NCBI GenBank assembly: GCA_918797485.1
Contig: CAKKNE010000002.1
Location: 5,642,001-5,706,000 of the forward strand
Source of the DNA: Pelagomonas calceolata
Lineage: Eukaryota
DNA length: 64,000 nucleotides
Direction: 5' to 3'
Shown here: positions 1 to 9,414 of the stretch, one piece after another
Numbering within the stretch: position 1 is the stretch's first letter
How the letters are laid out: every line of letters starts with the position of its first letter
Notes under the pieces: generated by a model
Database searches by the model: none
Told to the model about the DNA's origin: nothing
The model's input: only the letters and a program-made list of their open reading frames with translations
Position numbers and translations under genes: made by a program

Positions 1-669
1 GTGACCGCCGAAGCGGCAGACTAGCTGGCGGCGACCATTAGTACCAGGTATGTCGTTGACGAGGCAACCGACCGACGGCGGGGCGTATTCTACACGGCCG
101 TCGCGCGCCACAGACCGCTGCCCTGCCTCATCAACGACGATTACTTCCGCAACCATGGCGTTCGCGAGGCGGTGGACGAGTGCCACGGCCGAGCTGCCGG
201 GCCAGCCGTCGAAGCTTCCAATGCTACCGCCCTTCGAGGCAACGTAGACCTCGTCGAAATCGCCCCGGCTTGTCCACGAGTAGCGCCGCAGGCACTCACG
301 GCCATCAGCGCGCTTCACGATGACGAGAAAGGCATCGCCGACCCACCGGATGCTGCCTCGCATCGTTTCGCCCTTGGCAGGCTCGATGACTAAGTTGCCG
401 AAATTGCCGTAGGAGCTGCCTACCTTGAGCGCGCCATCGATCACTACGGCGAAGTCGCCGTCCTCGAAGAATACTGGTGGACCCGCAACCTTTGCGCGAG
501 ACGCGACGACCAGCGGCGGCTGCGACGGCCGCTGCAGCAGGAGGTCGTCGCCCCAGCCGCGGCGGCGCGCGACCCAGGCGCAGGTCCAGCCCTCGTCGCT
601 GTGCGTCCCAGCGAAGTGCCAGCAGGACTCATCTTTCAATGCCTCGGAGATCGTGAGTGCGGGCGGCAT
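1..669 (-). CDS. Partial hypothetical protein (3' end runs off the window)
   Basis: ATG at 669 (MPPALTISEALKDESCW...). My manual translation stays open to base 1. Divergent from bioF, with a promoter motif between the two genes. Confidence 0.6.
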   Translation of the reverse strand, partial: MPPALTISEALKDESCWHFAGTHSDEGWTCAWVARRRGWGDDLLLQRPSQPPLVVASRAKVAGPPVFFEDGDFAVVIDGALKVGSSYGNFGNLVIEPAKGETMRGSIRWVGDAFLVIVKRADGRECLRRYSWTSRGDFDEVYVASKGGSIGSFDGWPGSSAVALVHRLANAMVAEVIVVDEAGQRSVARDGRVEYAPPSVGCLVNDIPGTNGRRQLVCRFGGH

Positions 670-836
670 CGGTGCAGTAGTGTAGCTTAAGTGTGCAACA
701 AAATCAGTGGCAGAGTTGCACGCAATTAATTTCGCGACGCCGGCCGAGCTGTGCGAGCTAAAAGCGAGTATTACCTACAGCAATGCGCGACCGGTTCGCC
801 TATATGGGCTGTTTTTGTCTGCGCTGCAGGTGTTTG

Positions 837-858
837 CTAGTGTGTTACAGGACGCTAG
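837..858 (-). promoter_or_regulatory. CTAG-bipartite promoter motif
   Basis: Reverse complement CTAGCGTCCTGTAACACACTAG, between divergent genes. Confidence 0.6.
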
Positions 859-1007
859 CTCCCGCCCGGGCGCGGCTCTTGCAAGCACGCACGCGCGGCC
901 AGGTACGCGCGCTACGAAGCATTCGTGCGAAAACGTGCCGTGCTCCCGCTCCCACCCGCTGATTGATGCGTTAACGACTCACAGACTGCACAAAAGACCA
1001 CTGCACA

Positions 1008-2207
1008 ATGCGCCGCCTCGCGCCGCGGCGGCGCTTCTTCGCGGGCCGCTATCAAGCTGCATTAGCGAAGAGGGCCGCGGAAGGCACGCTGCGCAGCACT
1101 ACCGTAAGAACGGAAACTTTAATAGACTTCGCGTCGAACGACTACCTCGGCGTCGCGCGCGATGCCGCCTTCGCCGCGGCCCACTTCGCGGCCGAGGCCA
1201 GGAGAGCGGACGCGGCCGCGGGCTCGACGGGCAGCCGCCTGCTCACGGGCGCATCACGGGAACACGACGCCTTCGAGGCCTTTGCTGCTCAATTTCACGG
1301 GCGAGAGAGCGCGCTGCTCTTCGGGTCGGGCTACGCGGCGAATAGCGCCGTCGCTGCGACGCTGCCCCTGCCTTCTGATGCGGTCCTCTTCGACGAGCGG
1401 AGCCACAACTCGACGCGGTTCGGGTTGGTGCGGAGCCGCGCCTCTGTACAAAGACCCTTCGGCCACAACGATTTGGATGATCTGCGGGTTAAGCTAAGGG
1501 ATCACGAGGGCGCCCTGGTCTTCGTCGAGGGCATTTACTCGATGGACGGCGACGAGGCGCCTCTCCAAGAACTCGCGGAGCTTTGTTTGGAGGATGGTCG
1601 GGCGGGTCTTATCGTAGATGAAGCGCACTCGACGGGCATCTTGGGAGATTGTGGAAGAGGCGCCGTCTCCACGTTGCCTATACCATTGAGGCGGGCCGTC
1701 GTCGCCCAGGTCCACACGTTCGGGAAGGCGTTGGGCGGCCACGGCGCCGTCGTGGTTTGCGACGCGACGACGAGGGAGTACCTGGCGAACTACGCCCAGC
1801 CCTTCGTCTACGCGACGGCGCCGCCCGATTCGCATTCCAGATTGGCGCGGCGGGCGTACGACGCCGTCGCCGCCGCGGACGACGCGCGGCGCCACTTGGC
1901 GCGTCTCATCGACCTCTTCCGGGCCGAGTGCGACGTCGGGTCCTTATTACTACCGTCGCGCACGCCCATCCAGGCGGTCCTGGCGCCGGGCGCCGACGTA
2001 GTGTCGCGTGCTGCGGACCGCGTGCGCCGCGCGGGCTTTGACGTCGGCGCCATCCGTGCCCCCACGGTCCCGGCCGGCGCCGAGCGCCTCCGTCTCGTCC
2101 TGCACGCGTTCAACACGGAGGAAGAGGTATTGGGCGTGGCGCGGGCGGTGCGGGAGGCCGTCGACGCTTCTTCTTCCTCGTCGGAGGAGCGGCTTGTGGT
2201 GGGGTAA
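1008..2207 (+). CDS. bioF: 8-amino-7-oxononanoate synthase (PLP class II aminotransferase fold)
   Basis: Motifs DFASNDYLG, GSTGSRLLTG, EGIYSMDGD, VDEAHSTG, TFGKALG (PLP Lys) and IRAPTVP...RLR. Confidence 0.9.
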   Translation: MRRLAPRRRFFAGRYQAALAKRAAEGTLRSTTVRTETLIDFASNDYLGVARDAAFAAAHFAAEARRADAAAGSTGSRLLTGASREHDAFEAFAAQFHGRESALLFGSGYAANSAVAATLPLPSDAVLFDERSHNSTRFGLVRSRASVQRPFGHNDLDDLRVKLRDHEGALVFVEGIYSMDGDEAPLQELAELCLEDGRAGLIVDEAHSTGILGDCGRGAVSTLPIPLRRAVVAQVHTFGKALGGHGAVVVCDATTREYLANYAQPFVYATAPPDSHSRLARRAYDAVAAADDARRHLARLIDLFRAECDVGSLLLPSRTPIQAVLAPGADVVSRAADRVRRAGFDVGAIRAPTVPAGAERLRLVLHAFNTEEEVLGVARAVREAVDASSSSSEERLVVG

Positions 2208-2232
2208 TGTGTTTTTGATGATTCGTACTTAC

Positions 2233-2628
2233 TCACGCCGAGCACGTAAAGGAGCCCTCCTTCGTGGAGCCCTTCGACGGCTCGAGGATCTCGAAGCTGC
2301 ACTTCGACCATACCTCCCCTAACTTGACGCGTGGATCTTCCTTTGAGGTAGTGTGAGAAAACTTGAGGTCCTCGCCGCGCGTGGGCAGCGTGACGCGGCA
2401 GTCCATGCAGGACTTCTCGTCCGCGCCCAGCTCCACCAGCCGACGCAAGAAGCCCAGCGGGTCCTCCCGGAACCTAAATCTCACGTGGTCGTCGAACACG
2501 CCGCCCTCGCGCGACTCGACGTTGAAAATCGAACCACCTGGCGTCGTGACCTTGAAGTCCGCGTACGTGGCCTTGTTCGAGACCTCGACATAAGTGAGAT
2601 CGACCTCCAGCGAGCCGCCGCAAACATA
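2233..2628 (-). pseudogene. 5'-truncated gene stump, unknown protein
   Basis: Coding-like frame YVCGGSLEVDLTYVEV...FTCSA*, bounded upstream by TGA at 2629-2631, with no ATG near the 5' end. Confidence 0.45.
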
Positions 2629-3021
2629 TCACTGAGCGAAGAATGCGACAAGTTCCTCTACGAAACGAAGGGCAAGGAGAAGAAGATCAAGCTCCTCAAA
2701 CTCACGAGCGTGTCGTCGATCGATCCTAGGAAGCCCAAGGTCCTCAAGTTCGCCACCGAAAGCAAGAGCTACAAGTTCGAGTTCGAGGACGAGAAGGACT
2801 GTGCCGTCTTCGCGGCCGGGCTGCGGGCCCTCGCGCCGGCCGAGGCGACGCGTGGCTCCATCGCTGGGAAGAAAAAGGATTTCTTACGCGTGAAAGTGCC
2901 GACCAAGCCGCTCGGCTTCCTCGCGGCGTCGACGGTCGAGCGCGACCCGGCTCGACCGGAGGCGCACCGCTCCGCCGTCGCCGCCGCCGCGCCGGCGGCG
3001 CCGAAGGACAAGGCCGTCTAG
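2615..3021 (+). pseudogene. 5'-truncated stump, PH-like domain C-terminus
   Basis: ISLSEECDKFLYETKGKEKKIKL...YKFEFEDEKDCAVFAAGLRAL. The ORF contains no ATG and abuts the minus-strand stump. Confidence 0.45.
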
Positions 3022-3065
3022 GCGCACACAATCCCACGACCCCCTACGTGTACACAACTTACAGA

Positions 3066-4409
3066 CTAGAAGGCGTCGAGCGAGTCCTGCTTCCGCTTCT
3101 CCTGCGAGTCCATGAAGGACAGCTCCCAGAAGCCCTCGGGCGTCCCGGGCGGCGGGTGGTAGGCCTTGTGGCGCGAGCACTCGTCCTGGAGCTTCTTGAC
3201 GTCCGCGTCGCTGAGCTGGTCCTTCGTCGCGTCGATGAAGCCCTGGCACTGGTCGCAGAAGTGGCCGGGCATCTTCGCGCGCTCGCACTTCTTGCGCACG
3301 ACGGACTGGTAGGCGAAGCCGCCGGGCTCGCGCATGCTCGGCGCGGGCGCCGGCGCCGGCGCCTCGGCGGGCGTCGGCGGCGGCGCCGCCGGCGCCTCCT
3401 CCTCCTCCTGCGACGGGTCCCAGGACTCGCTGATGGACATGGAGGGCGCCGGCGCCGGGGCCGGGGCCGCCGCGTCGTCCCGGCGCCGGCGCTTCGTTCC
3501 TTCGTCGGAGCGGCGGGCCGCGGGCGCCCGGCCGCGCTGCAGGGCCGCGCGGTCCAGGGCCGGCGCGCCGATGCTGTGCCGCTCCGGCCGGCGCGCCGAG
3601 GCCGGCTTGTCCTCGCGGCGCGACCGGCGCTCGGCCGCGGCGCCGTTCTCGGGCCAGAGCGCCGCGCGCGGCTCGCGGTCGCCGTCGTCGCGGCGCCGCC
3701 GCGAGCGGCTCGACTCGCCGTCGCGGCGCCTGCTGCGGCTCGAATCGTCGCGCCGCCGCCGCGAACTTGTGTCGTCGTCGCGCCGCCGCCGCGAACTCGT
3801 GTCGTCCGCGCGGCGCCGCTTCTTGGTCGTCGCCGCGGCTGGATCAGCAGAAACGACGCGCGGCGTCTTCGGCGGGGGACCGCGCGGCGTCTTCGCGCCC
3901 CGCGCGGCGTTGAGGTGGTCCGCGACGTCCGCCGCGAGCCGCGCCGCGTCGACGCGCGCCGCGGGCTGGTTCGCCAGCGCGGCGTGCAGCGCCGGCGTTA
4001 CCCTTGCGAGGGCTGCTCCGAGCGCGTCGGCCTCGTTTACTTTATCGCGGTACGCGGCCTGGAGCTCGCGCTTCTGGTCCTTGCGCCGCGCGACCTCCGA
4101 GTCCCGCGCCGCGACGTCCGCGCGGAGGCCGTCGTTCTCTCGTCGCAGTTCCGCGTTCTCTCTTTCTAAACGCCGCGCGTCCGAGGGCGACGGCGACCCG
4201 TCGCGCGCGCCGCGGAGCCGCGCGACCTCGCGCTCGAGCCTCGAGGCGCGTTCATTGGCCTCCTCGAGCTCGGCCGCCGTGGGCCGCTCCTCGAGGGCGG
4301 CCTCGGCTCGCTTTCTGCGGCCCTTTTCGCGCTCGAGGCGCTCGTTCCAGCGTCGCTCCTCCGCCTGGAGGTCGGCGCGGGCGCCGTCGAGGATGTCGTC
4401 GACGCCCAT
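3066..4409 (-). CDS. COM1: CtIP/SAE2/COM1-like DNA end-resection factor
   Basis: N-terminal coiled coil. The C-terminal VVRKK.ER..MPG..CDQC...CSRHK...PPGTPEGFW matches the Sae2/CtIP signature. Likely ATG at 4409, because the longer ORF crosses the promoter motif. Confidence 0.8.
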   Translation of the reverse strand: MGVDDILDGARADLQAEERRWNERLEREKGRRKRAEAALEERPTAAELEEANERASRLEREVARLRGARDGSPSPSDARRLERENAELRRENDGLRADVAARDSEVARRKDQKRELQAAYRDKVNEADALGAALARVTPALHAALANQPAARVDAARLAADVADHLNAARGAKTPRGPPPKTPRVVSADPAAATTKKRRRADDTSSRRRRDDDTSSRRRRDDSSRSRRRDGESSRSRRRRDDGDREPRAALWPENGAAAERRSRREDKPASARRPERHSIGAPALDRAALQRGRAPAARRSDEGTKRRRRDDAAAPAPAPAPSMSISESWDPSQEEEEAPAAPPPTPAEAPAPAPAPSMREPGGFAYQSVVRKKCERAKMPGHFCDQCQGFIDATKDQLSDADVKKLQDECSRHKAYHPPPGTPEGFWELSFMDSQEKRKQDSLDAF

Positions 4410-4593
4410 GCTTGGTCTTTTTGGCGTGCGCGGCGGCGCTGCTGATGTGCTGCCTGTTCTCGCCGCGGGACGGCGCTGCGCCCCTGCTCTTTTGCCACGC
4501 GTGCAGAAACGGCTGCGGCGGCGCGTTGCAACGTGTGATTTGGCTAGCGCGCGCGTATACGCGGCAGAGGAGCGTTCGTTGTGAAATGTCCCG

Positions 4594-4613
4594 CTAGTGG
4601 TCTTATACGCTAG
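4594..4613 (-). promoter_or_regulatory. CTAG-bipartite promoter motif
   Basis: Reverse complement CTAGCGTATAAGACCACTAG, between divergent genes. Confidence 0.55.
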
Positions 4614-4878
4614 ATCACGTTTTGCCACGTGATATAAAAACTGCCTCATCCAAGCCCCCTTGCAGTATTTGTTCGATCTGTTACGTTTACGTGCGCTACT
4701 GCTCACTGCAGCACCGCTCCTCAGGCTTTCCTGCCGAAAAGAGCGGTCACAAGCAGCTCTAAGAGCTCAAGGCACCTGTGCTCAAGTCTGCAGGCTCCCG
4801 AGCGACGTGCTAACCGTACGCAGCCGTGGTGCCGCGCACTACGCGGCCGCAGCGGCACAGCTCTTAAAAGTGGACAAA

Positions 4879-5892
4879 ATGCACCGCGTAACGCTCGTGC
4901 TCGTTGTCGCCCAAGCGCTCGACCTCGCGCCTCTATCCAAGCTGCGAGCCGTCTCGCTCGCCCGCCCGCCCGAGAGCCGGCTCATCGCCGGGAAGCTCGA
5001 CGACTCACACGTCGCCATCTGGAAGTGGAAGGAGGCGACGATGGGCGACGGCGCGGGCGCGGCCTGCACCGGTGTGGAACGGGCGCTCGCCGAGCGCGTG
5101 AAAGCGGCCACGGGCGGCGAAGCGATCGTGCTGTCGACGTGCGCGCGCCTCGACGTCTACAGCTACTCTGACGCGGATAAAGACCTCGCGGCCATCGTCG
5201 CAAGTGACATTGGCGGCGCGGCCACGACGTGGCGGGCGGCGCGGCTCTTCGCGCCGAGGTACGCCACACCCGTGGAGCCGACGCTCGCGTCGCGCTGCGG
5301 CGCCGACGCCGCGCGGCACGTTTTCGAGGTCGCGTGCTTCGCGGGCCTGGAACGGTGCGAGTTCGACCCGTTTGATAGTCATCAGGCGCACGTCGTCAAA
5401 CAAATAAAAGCCGCCTTCGACGACGCCGCGCGGGACGGGGGACCCTGCGGTACGCGGCTGTCGGCGCTGCTGCGGCTCGCCCTCGAGACGGGCAAGGCCG
5501 CGCGCGACGGGAAGAGTGTCAGGGCTATCAATACACTTCGGGGGAAGGCCCTCGACGCCGTGGCCCTCGCGACGGCGCGACAGGAAGTGGCGGCCGCCGT
5601 CGAGGAAAGAGTGTTGGAGCCCGCCGTCCTGAAAGCGGCGGAGGCGTACGCGGCGCTGGACGCGGGACCGCGATTGCGGGAACTGAGCGAACTAGCCGAC
5701 GAGGCCGTCGCCGAGGCGATACGATCAGCGCCGAGCGCCGCATCCCGAGAAGCCGACTTGACGCGGGCTGCGCGGAAGGCACTCCACGGCCCACTGATGC
5801 GAGTTCGGGCCGGCGAGGCCGTGCTGGCCGAGGACGCCAGCTCCGACGTCCGCGCGGCCGTCGCGGAAGCGCTGACTGCTGCTGCTGCGTAA
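4879..5892 (+). CDS. Glutamyl-tRNA reductase-like protein lacking the NADPH-binding domain; signal peptide
   Basis: EAIVLSTCARLDVY, AARHVFEVAC, HVVKQIKAAF and the C-terminal KALHGP resemble GluTR. No GxGxxG is present. First ATG at 4879. Confidence 0.6.
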   Translation: MHRVTLVLVVAQALDLAPLSKLRAVSLARPPESRLIAGKLDDSHVAIWKWKEATMGDGAGAACTGVERALAERVKAATGGEAIVLSTCARLDVYSYSDADKDLAAIVASDIGGAATTWRAARLFAPRYATPVEPTLASRCGADAARHVFEVACFAGLERCEFDPFDSHQAHVVKQIKAAFDDAARDGGPCGTRLSALLRLALETGKAARDGKSVRAINTLRGKALDAVALATARQEVAAAVEERVLEPAVLKAAEAYAALDAGPRLRELSELADEAVAEAIRSAPSAASREADLTRAARKALHGPLMRVRAGEAVLAEDASSDVRAAVAEALTAAAA

Positions 5893-5968
5893 TTTTTGTA
5901 ATGTTCGTGAACCACCACCCCCGCGTTACCCGCGGGCCGCGACGAGACGAGTCCGTTTCACAAAATAA

Positions 5969-7117
5969 CTACCAATTACGCCGCAGGGACCCGGCCGCCT
6001 CGGCCGGCGCCGGCTGGAGGCCGTACGTCCTATCTGGAGGCGAGTCCGGCGTCCGCGTCGAGAAGGACGCCACGAGCACGCTTCTACGACCCGCCGTGAT
6101 CAGCATGCCGCCGTGCGTCACGTCGCCGCCGAACACGAGGGCGTCGCCCGCGGACGGCGTCACGACGACGGCGTCGCCGTCGGGGTTCGAGCCGTCGGCG
6201 GAGGCTGATGATGAAGCGGGTCCCCAGAACCCGGTCCCACCACCGGCGAAGGCGCTCGGCGCCGTCAACGGGACCAGCACGGTGAGCGCCATGTGGTCCT
6301 TGTGGGCGCCGAAGAGGCCCGGCGCCTCGTATAAATTCATGGCCGGTTCGCCTTCGGACCACTCCAATTCACCGGCCATATATAAATCGCGCAACGTCGG
6401 ACACCGCTGCGACAACGACTCGTCGGGCCGCGGCCGGTCCATTTGATTTGATCGCGGTCCGGTTGTTGGTTGCCGCGCCACCCAGTCAACACCAGGAGCA
6501 AATAATTGATCATAAATATCCGGCATCTTCGCGTCCAACGCATCTAGGACATTCAAAAACACGGCCTCCGCATTGGAAACCACGTCAAAATCGAAGGCTT
6601 CGCTGTCGGCGACGGCAAACCTCCCTCTCCCATTCGTCGGTGGTCTTCCATGGAAAGCCCGGTATTTTTCAAAGGTCTCCGTGCACTTGCCGTAGAGAAA
6701 GTTGCAATCATCTAAAGTGCACGCGTTCTCCACCCTCAGCACGACCTCGCCCCGTCGGAGTCGCTCGCCGACCGTCGCGCCCTCCGGTTCATCTGTCAAA
6801 GGCACCTCTTCGATGCCGTCCTTCTCGAAGAAGTCGTCGACAGCACGGCAGACGCCGACGAAGCCGTCCACGTCCCTCGAACCGGGGCCCCAGAGCTCCT
6901 CGAGTTCTTCATAGTCAAGGTTGCCGCCCGCGAGCTCCGCGGCGATCTGCTTCGTACTCTTCGCGGCCTCCAAGTCCATCAATCCGTCGGTGGCTTTTGC
7001 CGCGAACTCGGCCTCGAGGACGTGGCGCGGCGCGAGGCGCAGCGCTGTTTCTCGTCGTCGCGCGACGGGTGCGCATTGCAGCGCGGCGGCTGATGCCAGC
7101 AATGCGAGTAGTAGCAT
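5969..7117 (-). CDS. 2OG-Fe(II) oxygenase with signal peptide
   Basis: HKD...GGGTGF...GDALVFGG.VTHGG..ITAGRR.VLV. Confidence 0.75.
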   Translation of the reverse strand: MLLLALLASAAALQCAPVARRRETALRLAPRHVLEAEFAAKATDGLMDLEAAKSTKQIAAELAGGNLDYEELEELWGPGSRDVDGFVGVCRAVDDFFEKDGIEEVPLTDEPEGATVGERLRRGEVVLRVENACTLDDCNFLYGKCTETFEKYRAFHGRPPTNGRGRFAVADSEAFDFDVVSNAEAVFLNVLDALDAKMPDIYDQLFAPGVDWVARQPTTGPRSNQMDRPRPDESLSQRCPTLRDLYMAGELEWSEGEPAMNLYEAPGLFGAHKDHMALTVLVPLTAPSAFAGGGTGFWGPASSSASADGSNPDGDAVVVTPSAGDALVFGGDVTHGGMLITAGRRSVLVASFSTRTPDSPPDRTYGLQPAPAEAAGSLRRNW

Positions 7118-7287
7118 GTTGCGGCGGTGGCGTGCAGAGGCTATGCAGCCTCTGAGACTGGCAGCACAGCAGCGTCCTTTTATACCACTAAAGATTCCTG
7201 CCTCTGCTTTGAGAGTCTTATACCGTTCCCAAAAGTCACGAAACCGTGCAAACTACCCCGTGATGTCCCCGGCCCCGTGCCTGCGCG

Positions 7288-7309
7288 CTAGCGTCCTGTA
7301 AGACACTAG
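7288..7309 (+). promoter_or_regulatory. CTAG-bipartite promoter motif
   Basis: CTAGCGTCCTGTAAGACACTAG, between divergent genes. Confidence 0.65.
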
Positions 7310-7477
7310 CCTACAAGCCAAACCACGGCTGCAGCGCAGTGCTCGCCGAGCTACGGCATCGCAGCGCTGGGCGAGTGCTCGCTACGGCATCGCAGTTCTC
7401 GCATCAACGCCATCGCCGCGCTGGTAAGGCCGGCATTCTTGGTTTGAGCCCTTGCAGGCTGCACAAGGGCTGGCAGC

Positions 7478-8065
7478 ATGGCGCAAAACAAAAAGAAGAG
7501 CAAAGCCAAAGGGAAGGGCAAGCCGCCAGTAAAGAAAGCAGGCAAAGCTGCGAAAAAATCGAGCGCGACCGCGACCGCCGCCGCCGCCGTCGCCGCCGCA
7601 CCGGGAATCGTCGAAGCGGGCGCGCTGGCCGCGCCGGGCGACGTGTTAGGGTCTACTGCGACCCACAAGTGCGGCCCGGGCACCTTCGCGCGGGATGGTA
7701 CAATTGTCGCGTCGCTGGCCGGCACCGTGCAAATCAACGACGACGTTATCGAGACCATTAGGGAAGGCCGCCGCCCCGCCATCGCCGTGGGCGTTGAGGT
7801 GATCGGCGTCGTGACGCGGACGAACCGGACGAACGCGCTGCTGGACCTCGTCGCGGCTGGTGGGGCGGCGCTCGACTTCCCGGCCAGGGCAACATTAAGA
7901 AGGGAGGACGCGCTGCCGCCGGGCCGGGACGCGTCGAACTTGGATCTGACGGCGCAGTTCGCGGGGCGCGACCTCGTTCGGGCGGTCGTGGTGGCCGTCG
8001 ACGACGCCGCGCGGTACCACGTGTCCGTCGCGCCGGAGGGCATGGGGCTCGTGCGGAGTGCGTAA
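7478..8065 (+). CDS. Exosome cap subunit-like protein (CSL4/RRP4 N-domain plus S1-like domain)
   Basis: PGDVLG...GPGTF..DGTIVASLAG followed by VGVEVIGVVT...F..RDLVRAVV. Confidence 0.65.
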   Translation: MAQNKKKSKAKGKGKPPVKKAGKAAKKSSATATAAAAVAAAPGIVEAGALAAPGDVLGSTATHKCGPGTFARDGTIVASLAGTVQINDDVIETIREGRRPAIAVGVEVIGVVTRTNRTNALLDLVAAGGAALDFPARATLRREDALPPGRDASNLDLTAQFAGRDLVRAVVVAVDDAARYHVSVAPEGMGLVRSA

Positions 8066-8121
8066 CCTTAGTGTAGTGTAGTATCCGTTACGGAGGTGTC
8101 GAAAACCGGCGCGGGGCTCGT

Positions 8122-8142
8122 CTAGCGGCCTAAAGACACTAG
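8122..8142 (+). promoter_or_regulatory. CTAG-bipartite promoter motif (orphan)
   Basis: CTAGCGGCCTAAAGACACTAG followed by AAGC repeats. Confidence 0.55.
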
Positions 8143-8169
8143 AAGCAATAGCAAGCAAGCTTCTCTTGT

Positions 8170-8346
8170 CCATACCCGACGGTCGCCGAGGCGATCCAGG
8201 GCTGCGGCATCGGGTACAACCGCACGCAGTGGGCGACGGTCGACACCAGCGGCCGCAAGAAGCTCGAGAAGCTCCTGGGCGCGGCGAAGCCCTACGCTCT
8301 TGGAGTTCTGGGAGGCCTCGCGCTCGCCGCGTTGGCGCGCCGCTGA
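8170..8346 (+). pseudogene. C-terminal remnant of a pyridine nucleotide-disulfide oxidoreductase (mercuric reductase/DLD-like)
   Basis: PYPTVAEAIQGCGIGYNRTQW...LAALARR* resembles the (H)PYPTxAEAI...YNR terminus. In-frame TAG at 8149-8151 and no ATG. Confidence 0.5.
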
Positions 8347-8414
8347 ACTTTCCACACACGCCCTCCTCCCCCGGGGCCTTCGTGAGTATACTAGTACACA
8401 TGCTTAGACAAGAC

Positions 8415-9203
8415 TCAAGCCGGCGCCGGCGCCGACCGGTAGCGCTCCTCGCGCTCCGCGCGTTTGCGCGCCATCTTGATTTTCTTGAAGATGTCCGACG
8501 GCTTGGGCTTGTTCGACGGGCGCGGCGGCGGCGGTGGAGGCTCGTCGCCTTTGAGCTTGAGCGTCGCCGAGGGCCAGAGGCCGAGCCCTTGCAACGTCCG
8601 CTTCAAATCATCCGGCGTGAGCTCGCGCCGCGGGTGGACCAACGTTAGGTCCTCAACGCCGACGTTTCGCTCGGAAGCGGCCCGTAACCACCCCATGACC
8701 TTTTCGAGTACGTCGTCGGCATCGTAGCGTCTGCGCTGCGGCGCCGTCGAGCCGGAGAGCAGCGTCAGGGTCGTGGTCCCCGAGGCTCCCAACGCCGGCT
8801 CGGGTGGCAAGTGGTCGAAGCGCTGGGCGGCGCGGCGCGTCGGCTCCTCGCGCAAAGCGGCCTCGAGGGACGCAGACGCGAGCGCCAGGCGCCGCAGCAC
8901 TACCGGGGTGGTCGCGGTACGGAACTCGTAGCGGCCCGGCAGCCCCTCGAGGGGAGCATAACCTAACGCCGCCATCAGGCTCGTCGCGTCGCCGGCGACG
9001 GCCGCGCGGCGCGACGTAAACAGCTCCGGGTCCTGCACGAGCTTGTCGATCGCTGCGCGCGCATCGGTGATCGTGGCCGAGAATTCAGCAGCGGTGCCCT
9101 TGCCGCGTAGCGCCGTGACGGCGCGCGAGAAGCATTCTTGCTCGCGCGTGCCTTGGGTCTTGAGGCGTTCGAGCGTCTGCTCGTAGGTTGTTGGGCGGCG
9201 CAT
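8415..9203 (-). CDS. PUB-like plus UBX domain protein
   Basis: RRYDADD.LE.V..W...LVHPRREL..DDLKRTLQGLGLWPSATLKL is UBX-like. Confidence 0.65.
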   Translation of the reverse strand: MRRPTTYEQTLERLKTQGTREQECFSRAVTALRGKGTAAEFSATITDARAAIDKLVQDPELFTSRRAAVAGDATSLMAALGYAPLEGLPGRYEFRTATTPVVLRRLALASASLEAALREEPTRRAAQRFDHLPPEPALGASGTTTLTLLSGSTAPQRRRYDADDVLEKVMGWLRAASERNVGVEDLTLVHPRRELTPDDLKRTLQGLGLWPSATLKLKGDEPPPPPPRPSNKPKPSDIFKKIKMARKRAEREERYRSAPAPA

Positions 9204-9414
9204 TGTGGTGGCAGCAGCTGACCCTGATGTGTTTTATGTGGCACAGCGATGGATTTCGACTGTGTTGCGCTAGCAGAAGCAACAGAAGGCCTGAGCGACC
9301 ACGAATGTGGATTTGTGGCAGATATGCTAACCAGTGAGGCGCGTATGCCGTGCCGAGTTCGATGCGACCAGGTACTCTCTTTGCTGGTTCGGGTTCGGGA
9401 GTCGATCGCGATAC

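Noticed and set aside
3048..4584. Long antisense or overlapping ORFs (e.g. 3048-4169, 3334-4584, and many others window-wide)
   Set aside because: They are GC-rich shadow frames of real genes, with Arg/Ala/Pro-rich low-complexity translations.
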